DNA of 64,000 bases, taken from the NCBI GenBank assembly GCA_000002435.2, contig CM018793.1; one strand, 5' to 3'. Origin of the DNA: Giardia intestinalis. Taxonomy: Eukaryota. The notes beneath the pieces are model-generated. The model did not search any database. It saw nothing but the letters and a program-made list of their open reading frames with translations, and was not told where the DNA came from. Numbering within the stretch: position 1 is the first letter of the stretch; each line of letters begins with the position of its first letter. Shown piece by piece: positions 50,864-61,800 of this stretch. The translations under genes and the position numbers were made by a program.

Positions 50864-52511
50864 GCATAGAGACGTGTATTCTAATAGGTCGTTTCCTTTA
50901 TGCATAGTCAGCAATGTCATTGACGCAAGTTTTGCTTGTACATTAAGCCTATTGCATGTGCTATCAACCCTCTCACAGATTTACTTTTGGCTCCTGGCTA
51001 CTACAGCTCTGTGTGCTTGCACCCATTACTCGCATTTTCCGACGGAGTTAGATGACAGTCAGACATCAGTGCACTTCAGTATGACCGAGACAGGTTTGTG
51101 CAAGTACATAGCCAGCGGATTTGATATTGCACCAATGGCTGCTCAGGGCGTCGCTGGAATGGAGATGGATCTCACCATAGGTGTAATTAAAGTCAAGGTA
51201 TCGGATTTGTCCGTGAATGAGCTATCAGTTGAGAGCTATAAAACCCCCCTCATTGAAAATGCAGATAGTCGCTATGTTGAGTTTACTGGAATTACCATTG
51301 AAATTCAGTTGAAAATCGCTGTTACTGTCTTGCTTGTCCCCATGGAGGCTGTGATCTCGATTGGGATACCGCGTGCGAACGGCTACGCTTCCGGCCAAGT
51401 TGATATCAGCAACACGTGTCCTTACCATATATCTATAGACATCACTAACACGAAGATTGATTTTGATGAGATCACTCTTCAAGTTGTTGATGGGGATTCA
51501 GGGCTGTTGGGGTCGTTCTTACCTGGCTTCAAGTCTCAGATAGAGTCGGTCTTGAAGGGCGACCAGATGTCTTCTACTATGGCACAGGCATTCAATGCGA
51601 TCAAAGATGGGATGGAGAGTAGTGCCGACTACATTATCAACTTCTATGAGGACTCGGCAAAGAAGAAGACGCTCGTTGATGTACGCTATACTGGGTTTCT
51701 TTGGGGTCGTAACTTAGTCACGTTGAAGGCAGGTGGATACACTTATCCGTTTCTTGATGCTGGTGCCGATGGCTCCACACAGATACATTATGAAGGACAA
51801 CGAGAGACAGCGACTATGCCAACACAACTAAATGACAAGGACTGGCAGTTTATCATTGATGTGTCCGCATTTAAGTCTAACCTGGACGTGAACAATCGAG
51901 AAGCAAAGCTTTACGATGTCCAGTTCCGGTCTGACGACCTTAAATCTGTTTTTGGTAAAGCGTCGGCACCGGGTCATCTGATGGTGGCCGTTACAAACAA
52001 CGCCTCTCCAACTGTGTTAAAGGTAGGGGGCGCGGGCCTCAAGTGCTCTTTTGACATCACCGCAAAGATGTGGATTACCAAGAGTGATACGGACATGGAG
52101 AAGCAAGAGGATATTGGGTCTGTGCACCTTGTTTTTAGTGGTCTGGCGGCAGTCGGAGCAGACCAGTATCTCTGGACGGAGACTCTGAACACTACCATAA
52201 TATATCCTTCCTTTGAACAAATAATAGACATTAAGGGAGAAGTGTTGGAGAACCACGCTTCGTTTACACCAGGGGATGAGTACTGGTATAAGGAGATAGG
52301 CTCTGCCCTGGAGGTGGATTATTTCGGTGCACTCCACCCTATTCTTAGAAGGACCGGTCTTACATGGACTAATTTGAATTTTGCTAATTTCTCCGGTGTC
52401 CAGATAGTGTACCTCCCCGAGACGCTGGTCCTTGTCAGTGGGGACTTCTTTGACACTGCTGCTTCTGCAAGTAGTAGGGGTCACAGACGGCAGCCCCTTT
52501 CTCTTCGCTAA
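50787..52511 (+). CDS. Hypothetical secreted or membrane-anchored protein, 574 aa. The first Mets overlap the Rpr2 3' end.
   Basis: Long ORF. Hydrophobic segment at aa 44-80 (signal anchor?). The beta-rich remainder faintly resembles lipid-binding BPI/TULIP-type proteins. This is a guess. Confidence 0.45.
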   Translation: MPKLKNLKLFMKHIGLHKNLGHKAYEHRDVYSNRSFPLCIVSNVIDASFACTLSLLHVLSTLSQIYFWLLATTALCACTHYSHFPTELDDSQTSVHFSMTETGLCKYIASGFDIAPMAAQGVAGMEMDLTIGVIKVKVSDLSVNELSVESYKTPLIENADSRYVEFTGITIEIQLKIAVTVLLVPMEAVISIGIPRANGYASGQVDISNTCPYHISIDITNTKIDFDEITLQVVDGDSGLLGSFLPGFKSQIESVLKGDQMSSTMAQAFNAIKDGMESSADYIINFYEDSAKKKTLVDVRYTGFLWGRNLVTLKAGGYTYPFLDAGADGSTQIHYEGQRETATMPTQLNDKDWQFIIDVSAFKSNLDVNNREAKLYDVQFRSDDLKSVFGKASAPGHLMVAVTNNASPTVLKVGGAGLKCSFDITAKMWITKSDTDMEKQEDIGSVHLVFSGLAAVGADQYLWTETLNTTIIYPSFEQIIDIKGEVLENHASFTPGDEYWYKEIGSALEVDYFGALHPILRRTGLTWTNLNFANFSGVQIVYLPETLVLVSGDFFDTAASASSRGHRRQPLSLR

Positions 52512-52597
52512 TGTGTGAAAGACCACTGTGAGTGCAAACACTGCCTTTGATGTTCTGGCTTGTGTAAATATGTCTTCTATTAAGTACTACCACTTTA

Positions 52598-53110
52598 CTA
52601 GTCCCAAAATGCTCCTAGGGCTTTAGATTCTTTGAGAAATGTATCTTTCCACGTCATGACTCTCTTTAAGGAAATGTACTCTTGGCCTCCATGAGTAACA
52701 ATAGAAGGTGCTAGATAACGCTTAAAGTGGTCAACCATCTTGATAGTGGCTCGGTTCAAAAGAGTGAGCTCATAGTCAGTTGGCTGATACGGTAGGTTCT
52801 GGTCCACAGACTCTAAAGGAACCAAGGTCAAGCAAAGAGAGAATGGCAGCTCTGCCTTATTAAGCCGCTCTAACCCAGTGACAAACGTAATGCTAGGAGA
52901 ATACTCTGTCAGGTAACCAATCTTCTCGTAAAATCCATCAGCAGAAACAGCAACCTCGACGGCGCAACTGGTCAAGCTGGCAGGGGTAAATGTAAAAACG
53001 CTGATGTTTCCGAGGCCGAAGGAATTAGGAAACGAAAGAACATAGTTCCCTTCTGTGGTCTGCTGGAATTGGTCTGAGTACCCCAGATGACAAACAACGC
53101 AGCCAAACAT
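52598..53110 (-). CDS. Hypothetical protein, 170 aa
   Basis: ORF filling a compact intergenic gap. No motif recognised. Confidence 0.4.
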   Translation of the reverse strand: MFGCVVCHLGYSDQFQQTTEGNYVLSFPNSFGLGNISVFTFTPASLTSCAVEVAVSADGFYEKIGYLTEYSPSITFVTGLERLNKAELPFSLCLTLVPLESVDQNLPYQPTDYELTLLNRATIKMVDHFKRYLAPSIVTHGGQEYISLKRVMTWKDTFLKESKALGAFWD

Positions 53111-53179
53111 GGCAGGTCCAGATCAATCTTTATTAATTTAAAATTTCTTTTTTGAGACAAAGACCACCCTCCCCGTTCT

Positions 53180-54340
53180 ATGATTGACATCCAGGCAAAG
53201 ATTCGACACCAGGCACTCAGCAACGCTGCCGCGCTCAAAGAGGTCGGGGAATTTGTTGAGCGTATCTCCAAGAAGGACGAGGAAGCCACACACGCTGCCG
53301 CCACATTTGATCCATCGACCGTTAAAGTGCCCCCCATCCGGTGCTATGAGATTCCACTTGAGGAAGAAAAATCGGGGCTGTACACCGCTGAAGAGTATAA
53401 GGCTGTTGGTAACAAGCTGTTTGGAGAGCGCAAGTTTGAGAAGGCATTGGACTACTACGAGTGTGCCGGACGCATAGACCCAGGTATGGCGGCTGCCTTT
53501 GGGAATGCAGGCCTCTGCTACCAAAAGCTTAAGCGCGAAGATGAGGCCCTTGCCTCCTTCTCACGAGCTATAGGGATAGACCCTCAATATACGAAGATAC
53601 TCGTAAGACGTGGACGTCTGTATCTAGATCGAGGAGACTACCAAGCCTCATACGCCGACCTGTCCTTGGCACTCACTCTCCTTCCTGAGAAGGGGCGACA
53701 GGAGGTGCAGCAGGACTTAGAGCTTGTTAAATCAAAGTTAGTACCGGTGACTACTGTCACTACTACCACTGTAGGAGCAGCCGATATATTTGCTACTCAA
53801 AACACAGCAAGCAGAGGGAAATCCATCGCCATAGACATGAGCTGTCTCGATGAGGCGGTCGAGTCAAAGTCTCCCATAGGCTCTCCGTCACGCCCAACAG
53901 CCGTTCGGTTACGAGATTGCAAGAGAAACATCCCTTCCAACAAAGCCAAGCCTTCCGTTCCTCCTCCACCAACTTCAGCATTTTCTTTGTATAGCGACGT
54001 GCTTCATCTAAGTGAGCACTTGGACGTCTTGGCAGAATATCTTAACTCCTTCCACAGTGCGGTATTAGAATCTTACCTGTCAAGCCAGTTGACTGATAAG
54101 GAAATCAAGAGCATCGTGGCTGCCATTGGCCTACACAAGCTTTCCGCAAAGAAAACCATCAATACCCTTTATGCACTGACTCGCTTACCAAATCTCTCCT
54201 TCCTAAGCCCCTTTTTGTCAGAGGAGATAAAAACGACCATGCGTGCTACTCTTGAGTGGGCATTGCATCAGATTCCAGAGGACCAGGCTGAAGTATATAA
54301 TGAGAGAAACGATGAGGTGCGCGAGGCCTTTTGTCTCTAG
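53180..54340 (+). CDS. TPR-repeat protein, 386 aa
   Basis: At least three consecutive 34-aa TPR units (AEEYKAVGNKLFGERKFEKALDYYECAGRIDP / AAAFGNAGLCYQKLKREDEALASFSRAIGIDP / TKILVRRGRLYLDRGDYQASYADLSLALTL). Confidence 0.6.
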   Translation: MIDIQAKIRHQALSNAAALKEVGEFVERISKKDEEATHAAATFDPSTVKVPPIRCYEIPLEEEKSGLYTAEEYKAVGNKLFGERKFEKALDYYECAGRIDPGMAAAFGNAGLCYQKLKREDEALASFSRAIGIDPQYTKILVRRGRLYLDRGDYQASYADLSLALTLLPEKGRQEVQQDLELVKSKLVPVTTVTTTTVGAADIFATQNTASRGKSIAIDMSCLDEAVESKSPIGSPSRPTAVRLRDCKRNIPSNKAKPSVPPPPTSAFSLYSDVLHLSEHLDVLAEYLNSFHSAVLESYLSSQLTDKEIKSIVAAIGLHKLSAKKTINTLYALTRLPNLSFLSPFLSEEIKTTMRATLEWALHQIPEDQAEVYNERNDEVREAFCL

Positions 54341-54535
54341 TTGTACTCGTATCTGTGTCCTGAGAGGGACATAGATCGATCCCTGAAGCCGTGTAGGTGT
54401 AAGAACCTATAGCAGCACGTTCTAAAGTAAACAGCCAGGTTTTAAAAGCACCCACTATTTACAGTCCCCCCGAAGGATAGAAAAATGAAGTAAGATAGAA
54501 CTAGTCTCCCATCATAGCTGAGTTGAAGTTGAGAA

Positions 54536-55663
54536 TCAATACACATCAACGTCCATCTGCTGACGTCGGATGTTGGCAGCTGCATCTTTGATTAGAGAAG
54601 GTGGTAAACTGATCCCCTTCGCCTTAAGCATTTGGCGAAGCTCGGTGACCTCTATTTTAGGATGCTCAGCTAAGATAGCTGCGATTGTTGAGTGCATTTC
54701 GGGGGAAACAACCTTCTTGGATCTCCGCCCCCTCGGCCCCACCTCAAGCTGACCACAATCTCGGAACTTTCTAACGATGTTTATTGCTGCACTATACTTT
54801 AGGTTGAGTTGCTTCACTGCTGATTGCACGTTCATCCCATCAATGCACACCATGTGAATAAGCCGCTCACGCGTTTCCTGGGGTATGATTAAATACTCTC
54901 TTTTGTTGCTAGCTGATCTCCCTCGTTGAGGGATATGAATAGAATGATCTTCAGGGCCAAGCTCACTAATGCTTAGTTGGTCATGTTCGTGGATTTGATT
55001 CTGGTTATAATCTTGGTGACCGTTGTTCTCTTCTGGCATGGTGTTGATCCCTAAAGTGAGGCTAAGCTTAGGATCAGAAGCCGGTCCATGATCATGAGGC
55101 AGGTCAGGGTCGTGGACAAGAGTGATAGTATTATCGGGAGCCGAGTTAGAATCGGAGCCGAGGCTAGTGCCAATCCGCTGCTCAACGTGCTTAACTATGC
55201 CTTGCTGATTTTGGCCAGGACCCAGATTGGCGGGTGGCATGAAGTCATCTCTGAAGAGCTGCCCATTGTCGACTTGCGGTAGCTCAAAGACATGATCCAT
55301 GTCTGGTCTATAGAATGTACAGCCCATGCTCCTTTTCCCGCTGCTGCTAGATAGCGATACATTAATCGATGGTGGGTCATTCAACCCTATTCGACTGGCC
55401 TTCAGAGAAGATGAATGCGAGCTAGGAGTGCTGCCATTTGAGCCTATATCTTTAAAAACAGGTAACATGTCACCATCTCCAGGGATAGCTGAGATGGTGG
55501 ATCGCCGCAAATTCCGAGCGGATGTGATAAGCCCCGGGGGCAACTGTCTAAACAATGGGGAGGTTAATTCCCGACTAAGCTCGGTCATCAGGTCTGTACC
55601 GCTTCCTGAGAAGACAGGAGCATGCTCATCATACTCGGACATTGGCAATGTATAGGTGAGCAA
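54536..55663 (-). CDS. Hypothetical protein with a C-terminal helix-turn-helix DNA-binding module of the paired/Tc1-transposase-N-terminal/CENP-B-like type
   Basis: The C-terminus RLIHMVCIDGMNVQSAVKQLNLKYSAAINIVRKFRDCGQLEVGPRGRRSKKVVSPEMHSTIAAILAEHPKIEVTELRQMLKAKGI looks like two tandem HTH units separated by a GRxxK linker. The N-terminal 250 aa are low-complexity. Confidence 0.45.
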   Translation of the reverse strand: MLTYTLPMSEYDEHAPVFSGSGTDLMTELSRELTSPLFRQLPPGLITSARNLRRSTISAIPGDGDMLPVFKDIGSNGSTPSSHSSSLKASRIGLNDPPSINVSLSSSSGKRSMGCTFYRPDMDHVFELPQVDNGQLFRDDFMPPANLGPGQNQQGIVKHVEQRIGTSLGSDSNSAPDNTITLVHDPDLPHDHGPASDPKLSLTLGINTMPEENNGHQDYNQNQIHEHDQLSISELGPEDHSIHIPQRGRSASNKREYLIIPQETRERLIHMVCIDGMNVQSAVKQLNLKYSAAINIVRKFRDCGQLEVGPRGRRSKKVVSPEMHSTIAAILAEHPKIEVTELRQMLKAKGISLPPSLIKDAAANIRRQQMDVDVY

Positions 55664-55745
55664 GACCGAGAGGTCTGCAACCGACAGGTATTTTTTTAGG
55701 CTGACGAATCAGAAGACGGTTTACTTTGGACGGGGGTATACAATC

Positions 55746-56462
55746 TTAGATAAAAGATCCAGGAGTACTGAGCAGGGACGTACCTTCAGGTTGGAGGATG
55801 CCCGAGTTTGGTTTTATGGGCGCGGAGGATCTCTTTTGCCTTTTAATGAGGAAATAGAAAGCCAGAGTTGTCATAACTGCACAGAGAAGTACGGTGACTA
55901 TCACTGAGATGGCTACGGCTGCGCCTGCCGAAAGACACTTATCAGAATTTCCAAAACCTGCACAGATGCAATCTCCATAGGCCATAGTCCACCCATTCTT
56001 GCATGATACGCAGTGTTCTCGCTCTCTGTCGTACGAGTCGTTATATCGAAAGCACATTCCTCGACTCAGAGATCGATAGCAGCCGTTCCCGATTTTCTGA
56101 TACCCTTTGCTACAATCGTGACACGTTGGGACAATCTGGTCTCCCTCATGCTTAAGGTTGCAGTTTCCAAATTCAAACTGCTTCCAGCAACTTTTATCTA
56201 TAAGGACGTGGTCGTTCGTGCAAGCCGTACATCTGATTTCCTCGTCATTATAATGAAAGCAATTCTCGTTGAAGCAATATGTGCATGTAGGGTAGCACAA
56301 TCTGTCCGCGTCAGTGTCTTGGGGATTCACGTAGGGCGTGTATCCTACCTGGCACGTGCAAGCGTCTGTACCCGCACCAGTTATGCAAGGAGCGGGATCA
56401 GTTGCACCTTTAAATCTATATGGCAGAAGCCACAGTGTAGCTGCAACTAGAGTAGCAGCCAT
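55746..56462 (-). CDS. Cysteine-rich type-I membrane protein (high-cysteine membrane protein / VSP-like)
   Basis: N-terminal signal peptide, about 30 Cys in CxxC/CxC spacing, a single C-terminal TM helix (AAVAISVIVTVLLCAVMTTLAFYFLI) and a KRQKRSS cytoplasmic tail. It lacks the CRGKA terminus of true VSPs. Confidence 0.6.
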   Translation of the reverse strand: MAATLVAATLWLLPYRFKGATDPAPCITGAGTDACTCQVGYTPYVNPQDTDADRLCYPTCTYCFNENCFHYNDEEIRCTACTNDHVLIDKSCWKQFEFGNCNLKHEGDQIVPTCHDCSKGYQKIGNGCYRSLSRGMCFRYNDSYDREREHCVSCKNGWTMAYGDCICAGFGNSDKCLSAGAAVAISVIVTVLLCAVMTTLAFYFLIKRQKRSSAPIKPNSGILQPEGTSLLSTPGSFI

Positions 56463-56602
56463 CTATAAACAAGCGAGAGATTTATTTTCCCTTACAAGAG
56501 AAAAGATTTGCTTTCTAAACTCAGAGAGAGGCCCTTAGTGTAAAATAGTAGAGTAAAGTTAAGGCAGATCAAGGCGGAGTACCTTTTACACGCTATAGTA
56601 AT

Positions 56603-57652
56603 TTACATCATCCTTTTAGCGGCTTCAGCTATGTTTTCTAGACAGGGTCTTTCCGCTGGGTCTATAGATAGACAGGCGTTTAAGACGTGCCTCAATTCAT
56701 CACTAAATTGGCTCTGTGACTGTTGCATCACGTTCGGGCTACCATTATTAGATGGAATCTGCTTCGTAGGAAGCCTTGTAGGAAGTTCGATGGGCCTGGG
56801 AAGACGTGTTATGCTTAAGTAGAGGTCTATTTCGCGTCCTGTGGTAAATGGGCGCTTCTTGAAGATCAGCTCGTACAAGTAGCAGCCAAGGGCCCATATA
56901 TCGCCCGACAGAAGAGTATTTGTCGCTCCAGGGACGCTGTCACCGTTGCTGTTGGTTTCAAGTTGCTCGGGCGCCTTGTACAAGTCTATGGCTACGGATA
57001 TGTGCAGATTTAGGGGTGCGGTTATTTTCAGCTCTGACGACATCCCCACATCCATGAGCTTCACACTCCCATCTTTGTCCAGGTATATGTTTTCGGGCTT
57101 AAGAGAGGCATGTGCCACAGGGCCCCTACCAAGGGGGTTTCCGTGCAAATATCTGAGCGCGGACACTATCTGACTCAAGGTCTTCCATATCATGGACTCA
57201 GTCATGGGCTCGTGGCTTCCAGAAGCACCCATGCTCTCTCTCAAGCTGGGACGGGCCTCATCACGCGAAACTAGCTCTCTAGCGTCCCCGAGGAGAGGGG
57301 AGATAATGTACAATCGAAGGATAGTTGAATCATATATGGCATCGATGGGCGAATTGATGTTTGGATGGCATAGCTGCAGCTGGATACTCGCACACTCAAG
57401 GAGCTGCTTTTGATGAGGCTCAGTATACATGTCACAAGGTATTTCTTTGCATGCAAAAACCGTTTTGGTATTTTTCTTACGAACGACATATACGCGGCCG
57501 TGTGGACCCAGGCCCACCGAGGCTGACATTATGAAGTACGTTTTTGTCTCATCACTATAAGGGTTTAGTTTGACAGTCTTTTCAACAGGGATTTCCTCTT
57601 TATCATAATACTCAGCCAGGCTACCACTCCTAATCCCCGCGGGAAACGCCAT
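56603..57652 (-). CDS. NEK-like protein kinase homologue, predicted catalytically inactive (pseudokinase)
   Basis: Kinase fold is recognisable (VAIDLYKAPE, GDIWALGCYLYEL), but the catalytic loop reads HASLKPEN rather than HRDLKPEN and the Mg-binding motif reads DVG rather than DFG. Confidence 0.7.
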   Translation of the reverse strand: MAFPAGIRSGSLAEYYDKEEIPVEKTVKLNPYSDETKTYFIMSASVGLGPHGRVYVVRKKNTKTVFACKEIPCDMYTEPHQKQLLECASIQLQLCHPNINSPIDAIYDSTILRLYIISPLLGDARELVSRDEARPSLRESMGASGSHEPMTESMIWKTLSQIVSALRYLHGNPLGRGPVAHASLKPENIYLDKDGSVKLMDVGMSSELKITAPLNLHISVAIDLYKAPEQLETNSNGDSVPGATNTLLSGDIWALGCYLYELIFKKRPFTTGREIDLYLSITRLPRPIELPTRLPTKQIPSNNGSPNVMQQSQSQFSDELRHVLNACLSIDPAERPCLENIAEAAKRMM

Positions 57653-57718
57653 CTAGCGACCTTTTTTTGTTTACATGTAAATATTTAGTGTTTTAGATGT
57701 GGCGTCGATGCAGCACCG

Positions 57719-58624
57719 CTACCGCCTCCCAACGTGCATGGCCCGCATCAAGACCACTAACATACCCACGACATCGGAGTATATCTTCAAGGTGTATTTG
57801 GCCCAATCAGAGCAAGTACTCTTATTGACTGCCAACCACACATCAACTATCAAAAACAAAGCATATACAAGGCAAATAAGGACAGAAACTACCACAGTGG
57901 TTATTGAGTAAGATTTTTGGCTCCCGAAGAGATTCCAAATGAAGAGCATGGGGTACAGTAGCCAGAGGAGCTGACTGCAGCAAATGGCTATCAGAATCAT
58001 CACCCAAACCTTTGTCTCGCTCTTAATGCACAGCGCTATAGATGTACAGAAGACCAAAATGAACAGAACACAGAGTAATGATGATCCAAAAACTATGATG
58101 TTGGTCACCATTGAAAGGCCGATAAAGAGTATGCTCGAGAAAACTGGCCCAATTATCAGCAGGGTGATCGTGCCACACTTTCCAATAGAATCCATGCAGC
58201 ACGAATTGATCATAGAAATTACGATATACCCTATGCAGCCGACAGCAATCAGGATTACCTCGGTGATAAAGTACGTATACAGTAGTTCAGGTGAAACGAC
58301 TCCGTTATGAACTTTGAAAATAACAGTCGTTACTAATATGTATAACCCGATTGTTAAGATTGCAGTTCCCATTATCATTATTGCCAGGGTCAAATATATC
58401 TTAATAGTCAATGATCGGCGGATTGATGTCTCAAAACCATTAACGGTCTGTTCATACAAACTGTTACTGCCTCTTGTGTTGACATTGCTCGTGTATTTGT
58501 GGCCATCCTCGATTCTATTCATTCTTAGCGTTTCCTCATTCTCCTGCCTTCTACTGAATCCAGCAGGAGCCAAATAGGGCTGGGGGCATCTCGCTTGGTC
58601 GTACGATGTCATGAGCTTCTCCAC
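57719..58624 (-). CDS. Multi-pass (about 7 TM) membrane protein, 301 aa, unknown function
   Basis: Seven hydrophobic segments of 20-23 aa with short loops. No motif recognised. Confidence 0.5.
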   Translation of the reverse strand: MEKLMTSYDQARCPQPYLAPAGFSRRQENEETLRMNRIEDGHKYTSNVNTRGSNSLYEQTVNGFETSIRRSLTIKIYLTLAIMIMGTAILTIGLYILVTTVIFKVHNGVVSPELLYTYFITEVILIAVGCIGYIVISMINSCCMDSIGKCGTITLLIIGPVFSSILFIGLSMVTNIIVFGSSLLCVLFILVFCTSIALCIKSETKVWVMILIAICCSQLLWLLYPMLFIWNLFGSQKSYSITTVVVSVLICLVYALFLIVDVWLAVNKSTCSDWAKYTLKIYSDVVGMLVVLMRAMHVGRR

Positions 58625-58877
58625 CTGATTTTTTAAATCTCTTTTTTAAACCTGCGATGTCTATCATTAATGCATAAAGTTATTAAGCAAATTGTAAAGC
58701 CTTTAGCCTTTCAGCAATTGTCTTTTAAATCAACACCTTGAGAACAAAACATAACGCATCAGCGGTTGAACCATGGCCATCTAGAACCAGTGCGCTGTAC
58801 ATACTATAAACCCTGTGCATACTATTTTTACACTCCTTCAACACATACGTTGCGGTGTTCAGCCAATTTTTCGGAAG

Positions 58878-61800
58878 TTATGTTGTCAAGAGAACATCTA
58901 AGAAAAACCTCGCTCCATATTCCTCGAGCTGCTCTCGGAGTGGCTTACTATTGGATTTTAGATCTCTATGTTGCGATAGAATAGATAATACATTGTTGAT
59001 ATGGCAGCCCCGGATGTAACTCAGCCCTGCCATGATCACGTCAGCCATTCTCTTGTACGCGCCCTTAAATCCGGTGCTACGATAGATGATGTCAAGCAAG
59101 GATTGAGCCAGATAATCGGCTGACCTTTGGGAGATAACTGCGGTATCGACTACGGCAATGTGCACTAGAGCGACGCGGGTAAACGTTAGAATGTTGATAA
59201 ACCCATGAGACGTGGGTGGGAATATCTGGAGAACTCGCCGGGCCACATAGAGTGCTTTTACGAGTAGGCCTGCTCGAGCATACGCCTCCAGCAGCACGGA
59301 GCAAACAAGCTTAGAGGGCAAGAGCGTTGCGTCGGAGCGCATGTATTGAATGCTTAATATCGAAATGCTGTCAAAGTCGGGAAGGGACTCCTTGTAGATT
59401 GCCTTGGCACCCTTGCTAGTAAAGGGAGTGGATTCAGAGTCGTCAGTGGGAGCCCCCTCTGACTTCTGTGTAGAGATAAAGGTAATGTTGTCCTTTTCAA
59501 GCAGTTCCGCCTCATTTCTAATTCTGAAATACTTGCAGCAGCACGCAATCACAAAGATGCATACATTGAATACGCATTCCTTTATAGCCACCATGTTGTT
59601 GTAAGCGACCTGGCACTCAAAGGCCAGCGTTTCCAGCTCACTAGCATTTCTGAAGGAGAGGAAAGCACTGGTCGCATAGAGGCACAGAGCGAGAGGCTGC
59701 GATATAACATTCTCTACCACATCGCTGGATAGGAGATAGATCGTCTGTTTGTACGAAATAAGGTGAGCACGCACGGTTTGATCAATGTGGGGAAGAATGT
59801 GTATTGACGTTAGCTCAAAGATGTAAGATAGTAGAGGAGGAATAAAGTTGTAACTCTGTAACGACCTCTCCGCAGAGCCCATTGTTTTTTGAGACTTTGT
59901 TTCTTCTAGCTGCAGCATCTCTGCAACGGCCTTCACAATGTGGAACATTGCGGCCTTGGGGAGCTCGTGAATGTAACTTGGAGCAATAGCTGCAAGAATC
60001 CCTATCATGGCAATTCCCTCAATTGTTGTCCCATACAAGAGGCACCGCTCCACCATAGCTGCTGCCAGTGACAAGTACAGCTCCGTTAAGTCCCGTAAGA
60101 AAAGCGCATAAAAGATAAGGAAGAGGAGCTTTTGGATGGATCTCTCCAGCAACGATGCCCTCTTCATATATTGCATAAGCGCATAGGGGGTCGAGGGAGA
60201 CTTCAGTGAGTCAAAAGCAACCATGATTGCAGCCTGTGGATGCGGCTTCAGTCCATTACCCTCAACAAGATTGGTAGTGAAGAGAAGAGAGAGGGTCGCA
60301 ACAATAGTGTCCCGGTGAATGCTTTTATTCATGGTTATCATAGGTAGGAAAGCGTTGATGTGCGCCTCATCTCCAAGCAACTTCTGCAGCATTGAGACAG
60401 CGATTGAGACAGCCCGCGCCGGCTTGTTACTCTGTATCATGCCCAGTGTCCACTCCCATATAAGTCCCAGCCAGTAATGCTTGTACACCTCATTTGATAG
60501 TTTGTCGGTTACATATGTGGACTGCACCAGATTGTATCTTGTGGTGAAGCGGATTGACTGTACCGAATAGCAGATGCTGTTTGCACATGTAAAGTTAAAT
60601 AGCAAGGGAAATGCATTGTACAACGCGGTAAGTTCAGAATCGGTACCGACCTGTATGGTCTCATTATACATTGTGTCAATCATGTCTGTCGGATCCGTCC
60701 CATTGGGGTCTGACTTTGAAACCAGGCTTTGGAGCGCATTTGGTTTACCAGGCAGAGCATCTGCATTGCCACTGGTAATGGGAGAGCTGTGGGCACTGTT
60801 AGGGTTTGAGAGTACACCTATGGTACACTTGAGTAGCGAGTCTAGGTCAAGGGAATTAGCAGTTTTGAACGTCAGCAGGGGCCTCTTCTGGGCAACAACC
60901 TTATAGTTCGACAGGGACCAGTTCTGCCTTTCCATTGGATTGAGACATAGCATGGCCATAGCAGTCCAGATTTCGTGCTCAGCTGACTTTGCCATTGAAA
61001 GGTATTTGCTGATGTCAGCAAAGCTCTTAGAGAGGATGTCGCATGCATATGTGTTTAGTCTCAGAAGTTCATACTGGTCATAAATGTCGAGCAATTTGCT
61101 TGCACACGGATTGAGGCACTTCAGAAGCTTGGTTATGTCCACAAAAAGTCCATCATATTGCTCTAGGAGACATGCCCGTGTGCTTGGTGTTCTGAGGTCG
61201 GCTTCCATTTGCTTAAGAAAAGCCTCTTGCTGTTGCCAGTTGTTTACCCCCATGTTATGGTCAAAAAAGAAGGTCTTGTGAGTGCGCAAAGCAATCCGTA
61301 ATGAAAGAGAGGCCTTGTTAATCTGAAGATCATTTAATGAAACATCTGCCGCCTTACCCGAAGCCCTCAATAGAGAAACAAAGTCCAAGTGGAGCTTTCT
61401 GATTAGTTCTCCCGTCTCCAGCTCTCTGGGATCATAGTTTCTTATATAGAGGGACGGCTTAAGGTCGGATTTTCTCTCCAAAACAGAGTCCCGTGCAATC
61501 CACCTCTTCCGAAGATATAGTGCGATCAGGAATAGCTTTTGGCTCATGCCAGATGTAAATGACTCTTCCAGAACCTTGCATAGACTGATATTATTAAACA
61601 GAAAAATGTAGCCTATCCGATTTGTAGATTTGTTAGGATTGTAGGGATTGTGGGCTAGGTCCACGCCATGGTCTGCACCTCCTTGTGCATAAAGCGGATG
61701 CCTAAGCTGTACAAATTGTGGGGCGCAAGAAATTAGATGCATATTAGAAAGCTCAGTGAGAGACGTGAGGATCACATCGTCGTTACTGTAATTGAGGGCA

